Positions 55,330 to 64,000 of a DNA stretch of 64,000 nt are shown piece after piece; within the stretch, counting starts at the first letter, position 1; each line of letters begins with the position of its first letter. Source of the DNA: a virus; the IMG/VR virus record IMGVR_UViG_3300049217_000117, positions 3,904-67,903 of that record; one strand, written 5' to 3'. Both the position numbers and the translations under genes were made by a program. The notes beneath the pieces are model-generated. The model was not told the origin of the DNA and searched no databases. It was given only the letters and a program-made list of their open reading frames with translations.

Positions 55330-56302
55330 GGTTGGCGATCCACATGCCAAGGTTGGCAACTTGGATGAGATGAAAAATCTCATAATTTTCATTGGCCAGA
55401 TGGCTGTGAAGTATGGCGTTGATAGAATCGAACTTCTTGGAGACCTGTTTCACACGCATGCAATCATAAGGCTCGAAGTTCTAATGTTCTGGAACTGGGC
55501 TCTTGAGTACCTGAGTAACATTTGCGAAGTCGTAGTATTGGTGGGCAACCATGACATTTCTGGCGATCTTAGTTCTGATGTTTCTGCTCTTACCCTCTTC
55601 GGGCTGATGAATCGGCCTAAGCTTGTCATCGTCGATAAGCCAACACGTCTGGGAGTTTTTGGCTATGTCCCCTACACTCACGATCTCGATAAGTTTGTTC
55701 GTTCTGCTGAATCTTTGGCTCTGGAAGGAGCTAAAGTACTTGTTTGTCACCAGACTCTGGACGGATCAAAATACGAAAGCGGCATGTTTGCCCCAGACGG
55801 ATTTCCAGTTGGTGATTGGGCCAAAGCCTTTATCCACATTTTCTCAGGACACATCCACTCCGAACAGGAGTTTGGAAATATTACCTATCCGGGGACTGCC
55901 AGATGGGACAGCGTTTCTGATGCCAACTTACGGAAAGGAGTATGGCTCTACAATCACGAGGATAGCTCTGGCGCTTCGCTCTCAAGGGAGTTTATTGGAA
56001 CCGAAGAAGTGTGCTGTCCTATCCAATCTGTCGAGTGGCGAGAAGGGGAACCCGAGCCAGTTCTACGGGACGGCAAAAACTCGAAAGTAACCGTAGAACT
56101 CATCGGCAGCTCCGTATGGGTTGCCCAGGAAAAGCTCAAATTGAAGGGCAAATGTAGTGTAAAAACCAAAATTACCGATAAGAAAAACAGGACCACTCGC
56201 TCAAAAGGTGATAATCTGGAGCACTTCCTGACAAATTTGTTCACTACCAAAGTTGATAAGACTGATTTGATCAAGTACGCAAAGGAGATCGGCGTTGTCT
56301 GA
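55310..56302 (+). CDS. SbcD/Mre11-like recombination nuclease
   Basis: GDPH, GDLF, GNHD, CHQ, SGHIH, YPG. Confidence 0.88.
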   Translation: MSLRILRVGDPHAKVGNLDEMKNLIIFIGQMAVKYGVDRIELLGDLFHTHAIIRLEVLMFWNWALEYLSNICEVVVLVGNHDISGDLSSDVSALTLFGLMNRPKLVIVDKPTRLGVFGYVPYTHDLDKFVRSAESLALEGAKVLVCHQTLDGSKYESGMFAPDGFPVGDWAKAFIHIFSGHIHSEQEFGNITYPGTARWDSVSDANLRKGVWLYNHEDSSGASLSREFIGTEEVCCPIQSVEWREGEPEPVLRDGKNSKVTVELIGSSVWVAQEKLKLKGKCSVKTKITDKKNRTTRSKGDNLEHFLTNLFTTKVDKTDLIKYAKEIGVV

Positions 56303-56708
56303 CGAGAAGGGAAAAGAAGTCAAAGAAATCCTGAAGAAGATGGCGCAATTCTCGATTTCCAACAACCAAATCAACGAGATACAGCAGCAGAATCTCAAGG
56401 CTTACCCCTTTGTCTTTTTCAACGGCGTCAAGTCTGCGAAGATCGACTACGACCTCACAAACCACAGCAAGGTCGAGTATGACACCAATCCAAAGACTCT
56501 GGATATTGTGTATAAGTTCGGAAAACCTCAGACCGAAAATTTCAAAATTTCCTATGATATAGAGATTGATGAGTCCGCGTCGAATCCGCATCTAGAAAAG
56601 CGGTTCGAGGCCCTTGAGAGGGCTATTCACACTCTTTTCTGGAAGGGTATACCCCTAGAAGTTCTGTTCAATGGTCTAAGCGTCTATTCGAGTAAGAGAA
56701 ATGACTGA
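56295..56708 (+). CDS. hypothetical protein
   Basis: AGGAG RBS; TTG start. Confidence 0.65.
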   Translation: MSDEKGKEVKEILKKMAQFSISNNQINEIQQQNLKAYPFVFFNGVKSAKIDYDLTNHSKVEYDTNPKTLDIVYKFGKPQTENFKISYDIEIDESASNPHLEKRFEALERAIHTLFWKGIPLEVLFNGLSVYSSKRND

Positions 56709-57369
56709 CACCTTGCCCATCGAAAAACCGACTACCGATCTAACTCCAGAAGACATAAAGAAGATCGAGAAGTACGTCGCAGACGGACTGCCCAATATTC
56801 ACAGGGTAGACGAGCAGCTTTTGTATCGAATGACCGACCTGTACCTAGGCGGCAGCACGTACTGGCAGATCTCCAACATCATGAATCTCCCGAGAGTTAT
56901 GGTCATGTATGTGGCCCATCGCTACGATTGGTACTCGACCAAGAAGGAATTCCTGAACGAGCTTCAGCAGAGCATCACCGGTCGTGTGATCGATTCTAAG
57001 CTGGTCAGCCAAGACTTCCTGCTCACTCTCACTCAGGCTTGGCAAAAGAAGATTCTAAAGAAACTAAAGCGGTACCTAGAGACCGATGACGAAGAGCACA
57101 CCGAGGAGATCGACCTGAAAGAAGTCGAAAAGCTCCTCAAGACCATTGAGATGATCAAGGATCTGAACAATGAAGGAAAGAATTCCAAAAGCAGAACACC
57201 TGCGGTTGGATTGAACTTGGGCGATGGCGTAACCATTGAAAGGTCGGGAGACAACAAGGTTACGATCACCCCAAAAGAAAAAGCTTTAGGGGATGTGCTC
57301 CAAAGGCTTGCAGATGATAGACGTGCAGAAATGAACAAACAGTCCAAAGAGACAAAGAAAGAGGAATGA
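56701..57369 (+). CDS. HTH protein (possibly terminase small subunit)
   Basis: LYLGG.TY.QIS...NL...W helix-turn-helix pattern. Confidence 0.5.
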   Translation: MTDTLPIEKPTTDLTPEDIKKIEKYVADGLPNIHRVDEQLLYRMTDLYLGGSTYWQISNIMNLPRVMVMYVAHRYDWYSTKKEFLNELQQSITGRVIDSKLVSQDFLLTLTQAWQKKILKKLKRYLETDDEEHTEEIDLKEVEKLLKTIEMIKDLNNEGKNSKSRTPAVGLNLGDGVTIERSGDNKVTITPKEKALGDVLQRLADDRRAEMNKQSKETKKEE

Positions 57370-57372
57370 AAG

Positions 57373-58263
57373 ATGAACAAGAGTATGTTAGCAATGTTGG
57401 TCGTGGGGCTTTTCGCCTTCCTTCCGATTCTGGATGAAGCTAAAGCTGCGGCACCCGAGATCTCCGCGATCACGCTGTCGGCAGATAACCTGCTCATCCT
57501 CAATACCGAAGTGAACGGTGATTCCGTTTCTAAGGTGATTTCCCAGGCCAGGAAGCTGTGCGCAGCATCCAAGAAGTCTGGACTGAAAGGTAAGTTGGGT
57601 CTAGGCGGAGAACCCAAGCGCCTGAAGCTGTTCATGAACAGCCCCGGTGGCAGTATTCAGTCTGGGCTTGAGCTTAACGAAGCTCTCGACGGTCTCGGAT
57701 GCAAAGTCGATACGGTTACTCTCTTCTCGGCCAGTATGGCCTGGCAGATTGTTCAGGCCCTTGGCGAAAGGTACATTCTTAAGAACGGTGTCATGATGAG
57801 CCACCGTGCTAGTGGAGAATTTGCCGGTTCCTTTGGTGGGAAGTCTCCTAGCCAAATCGAATCCAGATACGCTCTATGGATGAGTCGTCTAACTGAGATG
57901 GATGCCCAAACTGTTTCTCGCACCAAGGGTAAGCAAACTCTTGACAGCTACCAGACCGCATACTCTCAGGAAATGTGGCTGACCGGAAGACAATCGGTCG
58001 ATAAGGGCTACTCGGATGAAGTCGTGAGAGCGCAATGCGACGAGACGCTTACTGGAGTAGACACCGCTTCTATCGAGCTTTTTGGATTCAAGATCAGCTA
58101 CGATTTGGATAAGTGTCCGCTCAACACTGCTCCTATGAACATTCGTATCGCCACTCCGGATGGAAAGCAGATTTACTCTGTTACTCAGGAACAAGAAATC
58201 AAGGAGCGTTTCTATCAACAATTCATGTCTAAGCAGAGACAGGTTGTTCCGATGTATTGGTAA
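57373..58263 (+). CDS. ClpP-like serine protease with a signal peptide
   Basis: NSPGGS, SASMA, MMSH; N-terminal hydrophobic signal ending AKA. Confidence 0.8.
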   Translation: MNKSMLAMLVVGLFAFLPILDEAKAAAPEISAITLSADNLLILNTEVNGDSVSKVISQARKLCAASKKSGLKGKLGLGGEPKRLKLFMNSPGGSIQSGLELNEALDGLGCKVDTVTLFSASMAWQIVQALGERYILKNGVMMSHRASGEFAGSFGGKSPSQIESRYALWMSRLTEMDAQTVSRTKGKQTLDSYQTAYSQEMWLTGRQSVDKGYSDEVVRAQCDETLTGVDTASIELFGFKISYDLDKCPLNTAPMNIRIATPDGKQIYSVTQEQEIKERFYQQFMSKQRQVVPMYW

Positions 58264-58266
58264 CCT

Positions 58267-58512
58267 ATGCCACTCATTTACTATCTGTGCTCGAAAGGGC
58301 ATGGTGTAAGCAAGTTTTTCCGGCAGGCCAAGGATGCGCCTGCCGTTCTTGCATGTGAATGTCAAGAAGAGGCGAAAAAGCAGTTGAAACCTCCCTCTTC
58401 TGTCTCCAAAATTATTGTGGACAATGGATTTCAGGCTAGGGCAGTCGAGGTAAATCCTGATATAGTTGAAATCAACAAAGAAAGATCTCAGAAAGACTAT
58501 AGGGAAGAGTAG
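58267..58512 (+). CDS. FmdB-like zinc ribbon protein
   Basis: MPL.YY.C..GH...CEC. Confidence 0.6.
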   Translation: MPLIYYLCSKGHGVSKFFRQAKDAPAVLACECQEEAKKQLKPPSSVSKIIVDNGFQARAVEVNPDIVEINKERSQKDYREE

Positions 58513-60578
58513 TGCTAAAGCTAAAAAAGCTGCGCATACGTGGAATCGGAAGATTTCTAGAAGAGCAGGTTATCGACTTCGAGTCGTTGGGATCATTTGT
58601 GCAGCTTGATGGTCAAAACAACAACACCAAGGGCTCTTCTGGAGCTGGCAAGAGCACGGTGTTCCACGCACTAGACCATCTGCTTGGGATTAGCAATAAA
58701 CCCAGCACCGTCCTGAAATGCCGATACTCTGAAGATGTCCCATTTGTTGAGGGCGAATTTGACCACGACGGCAAGCCCCTGATCATTTCGCGACACAAGA
58801 AACTTCGTATTGAGTATCATGACGGCAAGGTGGTCACGGGCAGTAGTGCGCTGACAGAGGCGGAGCTAGACACGATTCTGGCCATCCCAAGGGCTATCTT
58901 CAGACCCATGATGCACAAGAGGCAAAAAGAGGGCGGCTTCTTCTTGAACATGGGACCATCGGACCTATTTATCTTTTTGATGGACTGCCTGGGCCTTAGC
59001 AAGTACAGACTGAAACTAGAGATCCTAGACAAGAAACTCAAGGATCTTGAAGAGAAAAAGACCTCTACTAAGAGTTCACTCGATTCAGCGCAAGCGTCTC
59101 TGAAAGCTACTAACGAAGCCTTTCTTTCTCTTGGCACCGCTCCAGTCAAAGAAGTCACCCAAGAAATCATTCTCGAATTGAAAACGAAATCTGACAAGTC
59201 GTCGAGCGAGCTGTCCGCCGTTCAGGCCCGGCATCGACTTGAGTCCGAGACGTTAGAGCTGTCCAGACCAAAGTCGATATTCGATACGTTCAACCGAGAC
59301 AGGTTAAATGCTCTTGAGAGCAGATTAACCGACTTAGTACGCTCTCAAGAGCAGATGGTCGCTGTAGAAAAAGAGCGCCAATCACAGGCCAAGCTGAATC
59401 GGGTAAGGCTGGAAAACACGTTGTCGGACGACAAGCGTGTCTTGGAGCAGGCCAACCTTGCTGGGGCCAGGATCAAAGAAATTTCTGAACAATTAAAGCT
59501 AATTAGGGACGGAAAGTGTTTCAACTGCGGCCAAACATGGCAGGATGCTACCAAAGAGGCCAAGCTCAAGGAAGAGGCTTTAAAATGTCACCATATGGTC
59601 AAAGCTGGCGTATGCGCTGCGCAGCGTATTCCACAAATTGAAGCTCAGATCAAAGGTCTAGACGGGGAAATAAAGCCTAGGGAACCTGAAGGATTACAAG
59701 AAGTTGTAAAAGAAATCGCCAGTGTCACCGAGCGAGTAAATGGCCTGAAAGAGGAAGAGAGAAATCACAACGCTGCTCAGACTTCTAAGGCCATGGAATT
59801 GCAGAGCGATTTCACGCAAAAACATTTGGCTTTGACCACAAGACATTCTACCGAGCTGACTCAGGTGAAGGGACAGTCTGAAATCGACCGTAGAGCCCTG
59901 GACGCCGCAGTTGGTAGACTGAGGGCCTACGAAGAGTCTCGGACGCGCTACGAGGCATCTGTGGCTTCCCTGAAGGATCGTAGCAAGATCCATGCCGACA
60001 AGGTAGCAGAGCTTGAGGCGCAAACCAAGTCTATCGACGAGGAGCTGTTCAAGGCCGAAGAGTTGAAGCGTGGCGTCAAAAGCCATCTGTCCTGTTCGTT
60101 TGATGATGCTCTTGAAACTATTAGTAAAAGTGCCACCGACCTGATTCGCCATATCCCCAACATGGCAAATGCGACCATCCAGATTGAAGGCGAAAAAGAG
60201 ACACAAGATGGTAAAGTTAAAGAGGAAGTCAACGCGGTCATCCATATGGATGGAGACGAGAACATTGATATCAGATCTCTTTGCGGCGGCGAGCGCACAG
60301 CTCTTGATTTGGCCATAGATCTGTCGGTCATTGATTTGATCGAAACAGAAGCCAATAAAGGAATTGACATTTTCATCCTGGACGAACCGTTCCAGGGACT
60401 AGATACGGTATGTATCGAAGAGGCCTTGCAAGTGCTGAAAAATGCCAAGGCAAGCAAGCGCCTGGTAATCGTTGATCACAACCCGGAAGTAAAACAGATG
60501 GTTGAAAGCCGTTTGACAGTTATGAGAGACGGTGCTACAAGTAGAGTGATCCAGGCGGCAAGGAGATTCGATGTCTAA
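58512..60578 (+). CDS. SbcC/Rad50-like ATPase
   Basis: GAGKS, CFNC zinc hook, LCGGE signature, LDEP. Confidence 0.92.
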   Translation: MLKLKKLRIRGIGRFLEEQVIDFESLGSFVQLDGQNNNTKGSSGAGKSTVFHALDHLLGISNKPSTVLKCRYSEDVPFVEGEFDHDGKPLIISRHKKLRIEYHDGKVVTGSSALTEAELDTILAIPRAIFRPMMHKRQKEGGFFLNMGPSDLFIFLMDCLGLSKYRLKLEILDKKLKDLEEKKTSTKSSLDSAQASLKATNEAFLSLGTAPVKEVTQEIILELKTKSDKSSSELSAVQARHRLESETLELSRPKSIFDTFNRDRLNALESRLTDLVRSQEQMVAVEKERQSQAKLNRVRLENTLSDDKRVLEQANLAGARIKEISEQLKLIRDGKCFNCGQTWQDATKEAKLKEEALKCHHMVKAGVCAAQRIPQIEAQIKGLDGEIKPREPEGLQEVVKEIASVTERVNGLKEEERNHNAAQTSKAMELQSDFTQKHLALTTRHSTELTQVKGQSEIDRRALDAAVGRLRAYEESRTRYEASVASLKDRSKIHADKVAELEAQTKSIDEELFKAEELKRGVKSHLSCSFDDALETISKSATDLIRHIPNMANATIQIEGEKETQDGKVKEEVNAVIHMDGDENIDIRSLCGGERTALDLAIDLSVIDLIETEANKGIDIFILDEPFQGLDTVCIEEALQVLKNAKASKRLVIVDHNPEVKQMVESRLTVMRDGATSRVIQAARRFDV

Positions 60579-60906
60579 TCCAGACGAGCTTGATAGAGAG
60601 CTTCGAGAGTATTTGCAAAAAGAGCCGAATCTGAATCGTGGAGACCGCATCGCGTACCTGCGGACAATTTTCAACAAGCATCTGGAATTCAACAAGCTTG
60701 AACATTCAATCAACTATCGTGACATGGGCGATATCATCGCTTACGCCAAGAGCACTTTTACTCAGTTTAAGATGCCCCTGAACATCTCGGGCAGAGTAGT
60801 GGATACGAGCGAGTCCCCACAAGTCGCAGTCATTGAGTCAACCATTTCGTACCTGAACAAAATGAACTTGCTCAAAAAGCTTGTAAAGTTTGATTACCGT
60901 GGATAG
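60571..60906 (+). CDS. hypothetical protein
   Basis: AGGAG RBS. Confidence 0.7.
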   Translation: MSNPDELDRELREYLQKEPNLNRGDRIAYLRTIFNKHLEFNKLEHSINYRDMGDIIAYAKSTFTQFKMPLNISGRVVDTSESPQVAVIESTISYLNKMNLLKKLVKFDYRG

Positions 60907-61099
60907 AATAACGAGATTCCTAGCTCTAGTCGTACTGGTACTCTTATTCGTGGTCGCTGACCAGGGATGGGCGCTTCACAGACTCGCAGACTTCTCAGAA
61001 ATGCAGGGTCGTATAATTGACGATTACTGGGACATGCTTCAAAAATGTAACAAAGGAGATTCAAATGGCAAAGCCGAAGAAAGAAAAACTGAGTTTTGA
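60899..61099 (+). CDS. small membrane protein
   Basis: N-terminal TM helix. Confidence 0.45.
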   Translation: MDRITRFLALVVLVLLFVVADQGWALHRLADFSEMQGRIIDDYWDMLQKCNKGDSNGKAEERKTEF

Positions 61100-61355
61100 G
61101 CAGCAATTTCAAAAAGACAATCCGGACTTCGCAAGCGAAGTCGCTGGTCTGTCGGTTCAAGATCTGAACAACCGTCTGGCCGAGCTTGCAAAAGCTAACG
61201 AGTGGAACGAGACAAAGAAAGAAGAAGATGAAGATCTTGAGAAGGCCAAGGGTCTAGCGTCAGAACTCGCAGCCCCTTATCGCGATGAAAAGAAAGCTCT
61301 TCGCGTCAAGAGCAAGTACGTCATCGGCCTGATCAAAGAGAAGGGCGGTAAGTGA
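61065..61355 (+). CDS. hypothetical coiled-coil protein
   Basis: AGGAG RBS. Confidence 0.7.
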   Translation: MAKPKKEKLSFEQQFQKDNPDFASEVAGLSVQDLNNRLAELAKANEWNETKKEEDEDLEKAKGLASELAAPYRDEKKALRVKSKYVIGLIKEKGGK

Positions 61356-61981
61356 ACGAAGAAAGGATTCTAGCCCTCGACCTTTCAACTAAAACTGGTT
61401 GGGCGTCGATGGTCTCTACTAAGGATGGTATCGAACTGGAAGCTTATGGCACAGTTCCACAGATTCACCAGCCTGCCGGTCAATACCCGGTATCCTACGT
61501 GTATTGGGCCTATTTGGTTTTCGCAGAGATAGAGAAATTGATCGACCAATTTGCTCCGGATACTCTTGTGATAGAGGAGACGGTGGCAGGCAGCAAGGCC
61601 GTTTATACGCAAAAAATTCTTGAATGGATTCATTTTCTTGTTGCAAAGTTCATAGAAGAGACTAGTATAAGGGCCATATATCTACTCACGGGCACTTGGA
61701 GATCTGAGGTCGGCTGCAAAATGACCAAAGAGGAATCCAAGCACAACAAGGCCGTAAACAAGTACAAAGAGGAAAACAAAACCTCGATAGCGTACGGGGC
61801 CGACGGTAAGCGGGTAGGTAGGCTAACCAAAAAGCACATCAACATCAGACGTGCTAATGAAGTTTTCGGAGACTTTTTGAAGACTCCGCTCAGAAAGAAG
61901 GACGAGGACACAGCAGATTCGCTTTTACTCGGATACTGCTACCACCTTCGAAGGATAAAGAATGGGACTTTGGGAAGATGA
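61352..61981 (+). CDS. RuvC-like Holliday junction resolvase
   Basis: LALDLSTKTGWA, VIEE, W...G, DTADS. Confidence 0.8.
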   Translation: MNEERILALDLSTKTGWASMVSTKDGIELEAYGTVPQIHQPAGQYPVSYVYWAYLVFAEIEKLIDQFAPDTLVIEETVAGSKAVYTQKILEWIHFLVAKFIEETSIRAIYLLTGTWRSEVGCKMTKEESKHNKAVNKYKEENKTSIAYGADGKRVGRLTKKHINIRRANEVFGDFLKTPLRKKDEDTADSLLLGYCYHLRRIKNGTLGR

Positions 61982-62945
61982 CAATGAAGAGTTCAGGGAT
62001 ATACCTGACGAGGCTAAATTGGACGAGAACAAGAATCCGATGCAGTCTGCTCCCGTGAACGTTCAAGTACAGAATCGTCCTGCACCTCAGGCTGGTGGCT
62101 TCACGCCGCGCACTGCTCCTTCTGAGCCAGAAGTAGCTCACTTCGATGGAGATCCAGACTTGGATCTTTTCCCGGATGGAGATGACGAAGAAGATTTCAC
62201 TTCCGTATTGGCTGACGCTAACCTGCGCATCGAACAGGGTCGTCTGTATCAGATGATCATGAATCATGAACTTTTTGATGGAATGGAAGCGGACTCCAGG
62301 GCTGTCGCCAACGTGCAAAGAGAGATTCGAAAATTCGCCAGAGAGTCGATGGAAGTCATGCTCGGTATGCGAGGAACAGTTCCAGCTCATGCGACTATCG
62401 CTTCGCCATTCAATGATCTCGAAGTGGATATATTGAAGAAGATCGCTTCCAAGGCAACCAACGGGGCTACAGAATCTCCATCGGCCAATCAAGTTGCGCA
62501 GACACTTAAGGAAACGCCCAAGAGGCAGACGCTCAATCCCATTGGCGGATCTACGGCACTGAAACGATCAACCGCTCCTGCTAGGGCTAAACAGCCGCTT
62601 CCTACGAAGCCTGCTGTTCCTGTGGCTCGTAGAAGGCTCGACGCGACTATAGATCAGATCTGCGCAGAAGAAGGCGTTCCCAGAGAATTGGTAGAAGAAA
62701 ACTACAAGCCTCTCGAAAAGCCGCTGGATCAATTGTCACCTGCTGAACAAGAAAAAAGAAAAAGAGAAACGGCTGCAAGACTTGCGGCTAGAACAACGGT
62801 GAAGTCAGCGGCTGCTCTGCCGATGGCTACCCCGGAGCAAAGAGAAATGCTCGCAATTCAAAGAGCTACACAGGTAAGCGCTGGTCCTGGCATGTCGGCG
62901 ATCCTAGAAGCAGTCAAGAAAATGCCAATTACTATCAAGCAATAG
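61962..62945 (+). CDS. hypothetical protein
   Basis: 327-aa ORF. Confidence 0.75.
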   Translation: MGLWEDDNEEFRDIPDEAKLDENKNPMQSAPVNVQVQNRPAPQAGGFTPRTAPSEPEVAHFDGDPDLDLFPDGDDEEDFTSVLADANLRIEQGRLYQMIMNHELFDGMEADSRAVANVQREIRKFARESMEVMLGMRGTVPAHATIASPFNDLEVDILKKIASKATNGATESPSANQVAQTLKETPKRQTLNPIGGSTALKRSTAPARAKQPLPTKPAVPVARRRLDATIDQICAEEGVPRELVEENYKPLEKPLDQLSPAEQEKRKRETAARLAARTTVKSAAALPMATPEQREMLAIQRATQVSAGPGMSAILEAVKKMPITIKQ

Positions 62946-62954
62946 GAGATAGAA

Positions 62955-63590
62955 ATGTCAGCAGAAAAAGATAATCGCAGTGCAAGTCAGAAGATCAGTG
63001 ATATGGAGAATGCTCTCATGTCACTCTACCAAGCGTTCGATGCCATGAGCAAAGACCTTGGTATCGCCAAGGATGCCATCAAGCTCCTGGGCAACAAGCT
63101 CGACAGCGTTGTCAAAGCGACAACCCGAGGCGAGGCGTTGACCGACGAAGTACTCAGCAGGATCATGATTGAAAATAACTGCGAAGAACTCGCAGAGAAG
63201 GTCAAGCTCTTGGTTGCAAAGGGCAATTTGACTGTCACCGAACAGGTGGCGATCGACTCCTTCTTGGTTGGTTCCGAACTGGATGACGAAGGTAAGGTCT
63301 TGAATCCGAGATTGCAGTTCGCACTGTTCGCGATCAAGCCGCAAGACATCCAGGAAAAATTCCTTGGTGCTAAAGTCGGCGATCTGATCACGATTGCGGA
63401 AGGTCGTCCGAAGTACAAAGTCCAAGAAATCTATCAGATTCAGCCAGATAAGCCTGAGGAAGAGCCTGCTACTGAGGCTCCTGCAACAGAAACTACTACT
63501 GCGGAAGCTCCTGCAGAAGTACAAGCTGCTCCTACGGCAGAGACTCCTGCAGCTGAAGCTCCTGCTCCAGAACAGAGTCCTGCGGTCTAA
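62955..63590 (+). CDS. hypothetical protein with A/P/E/T-rich tail
   Basis: AGGAG RBS. Confidence 0.75.
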   Translation: MSAEKDNRSASQKISDMENALMSLYQAFDAMSKDLGIAKDAIKLLGNKLDSVVKATTRGEALTDEVLSRIMIENNCEELAEKVKLLVAKGNLTVTEQVAIDSFLVGSELDDEGKVLNPRLQFALFAIKPQDIQEKFLGAKVGDLITIAEGRPKYKVQEIYQIQPDKPEEEPATEAPATETTTAEAPAEVQAAPTAETPAAEAPAPEQSPAV

Positions 63591-63661
63591 TCTCAAGGTA
63601 TTCAGGGTGGGCGGACGAGATTTGAACTCGTACGCCACACCCTTAACCTTTAAGGGACACT

Positions 63662-64000
63662 ATGAAGAAACTAACTGATAAGCAGGCTGAAATAGTAGAC
63701 GTTTACATCAAAGTTGCAGAGAAGAGAGAAAAATATCCTTCTCGATCAGAAATGAATGAAGCTAAAGTGTCCAGGGACCGAATCAGAGACCATTTTGGGA
63801 CGATGGAAAATCTGAGAGCGGCAGCGAAAAAACAAAGTCCAGAAGCCTTTGAAAAGTTAGAGAAAAAGAAAGTTCCCCATATCCACGCTGACTTCACCAA
63901 AGAAGCGCTTGGCACTATCGTCAAGGAAAACGACTACCGAAATGGTACGTTTTTTGTGACTGCCGTGTCTCCGACTTCGTACCTTGATTGGGACGAAGAG
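63662..64000 (+). CDS. hypothetical protein, partial (runs off right edge)
   Basis: MKKLTDKQ..., open to the window end. Confidence 0.6.
   Translation, partial: MKKLTDKQAEIVDVYIKVAEKREKYPSRSEMNEAKVSRDRIRDHFGTMENLRAAAKKQSPEAFEKLEKKKVPHIHADFTKEALGTIVKENDYRNGTFFVTAVSPTSYLDWDEE

Noticed and set aside
1-64000. Alternative genetic code
   Set aside because: Core genes are full length under the standard code and no clear suppressor tRNA was found.

Overview
This window is a segment of a large tailed dsDNA phage with myovirus-type morphogenesis genes. The minus strand carries terminase, portal, a MuF-like protein, scaffold, major capsid, neck, tail sheath, tail tube and fibre-like genes. The plus strand at the right end carries an SF2 helicase, a sigma factor, SbcCD, RuvC and a ClpP-like gene. 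About a dozen homing-type endonucleases or their remnants and 8 tRNA or tRNA-like genes are scattered through it. Four elements stand out. (1) At 52.4-53.8 kb, five short arrays of GGY-NN pentamers surround a RAMP/Cas7-like gene and an HNH nuclease, a candidate non-CRISPR RNA-guided system. (2) A leader-peptide attenuator precedes the tRNA operon, and its codons match the seven tRNAs downstream. (3) A Ro60/TROVE gene is flanked by five Y-RNA-like stem-loops showing compensatory base changes. (4) An mCpol/GGDEF-like nucleotide cyclase domain lies close to an Acb1-like 2H phosphodiesterase. There is also a ~390-nt structured ncRNA candidate and a recurrent AATCTT late-promoter motif. All calls come from reading motifs and base-pairing by eye; no database searches were run.
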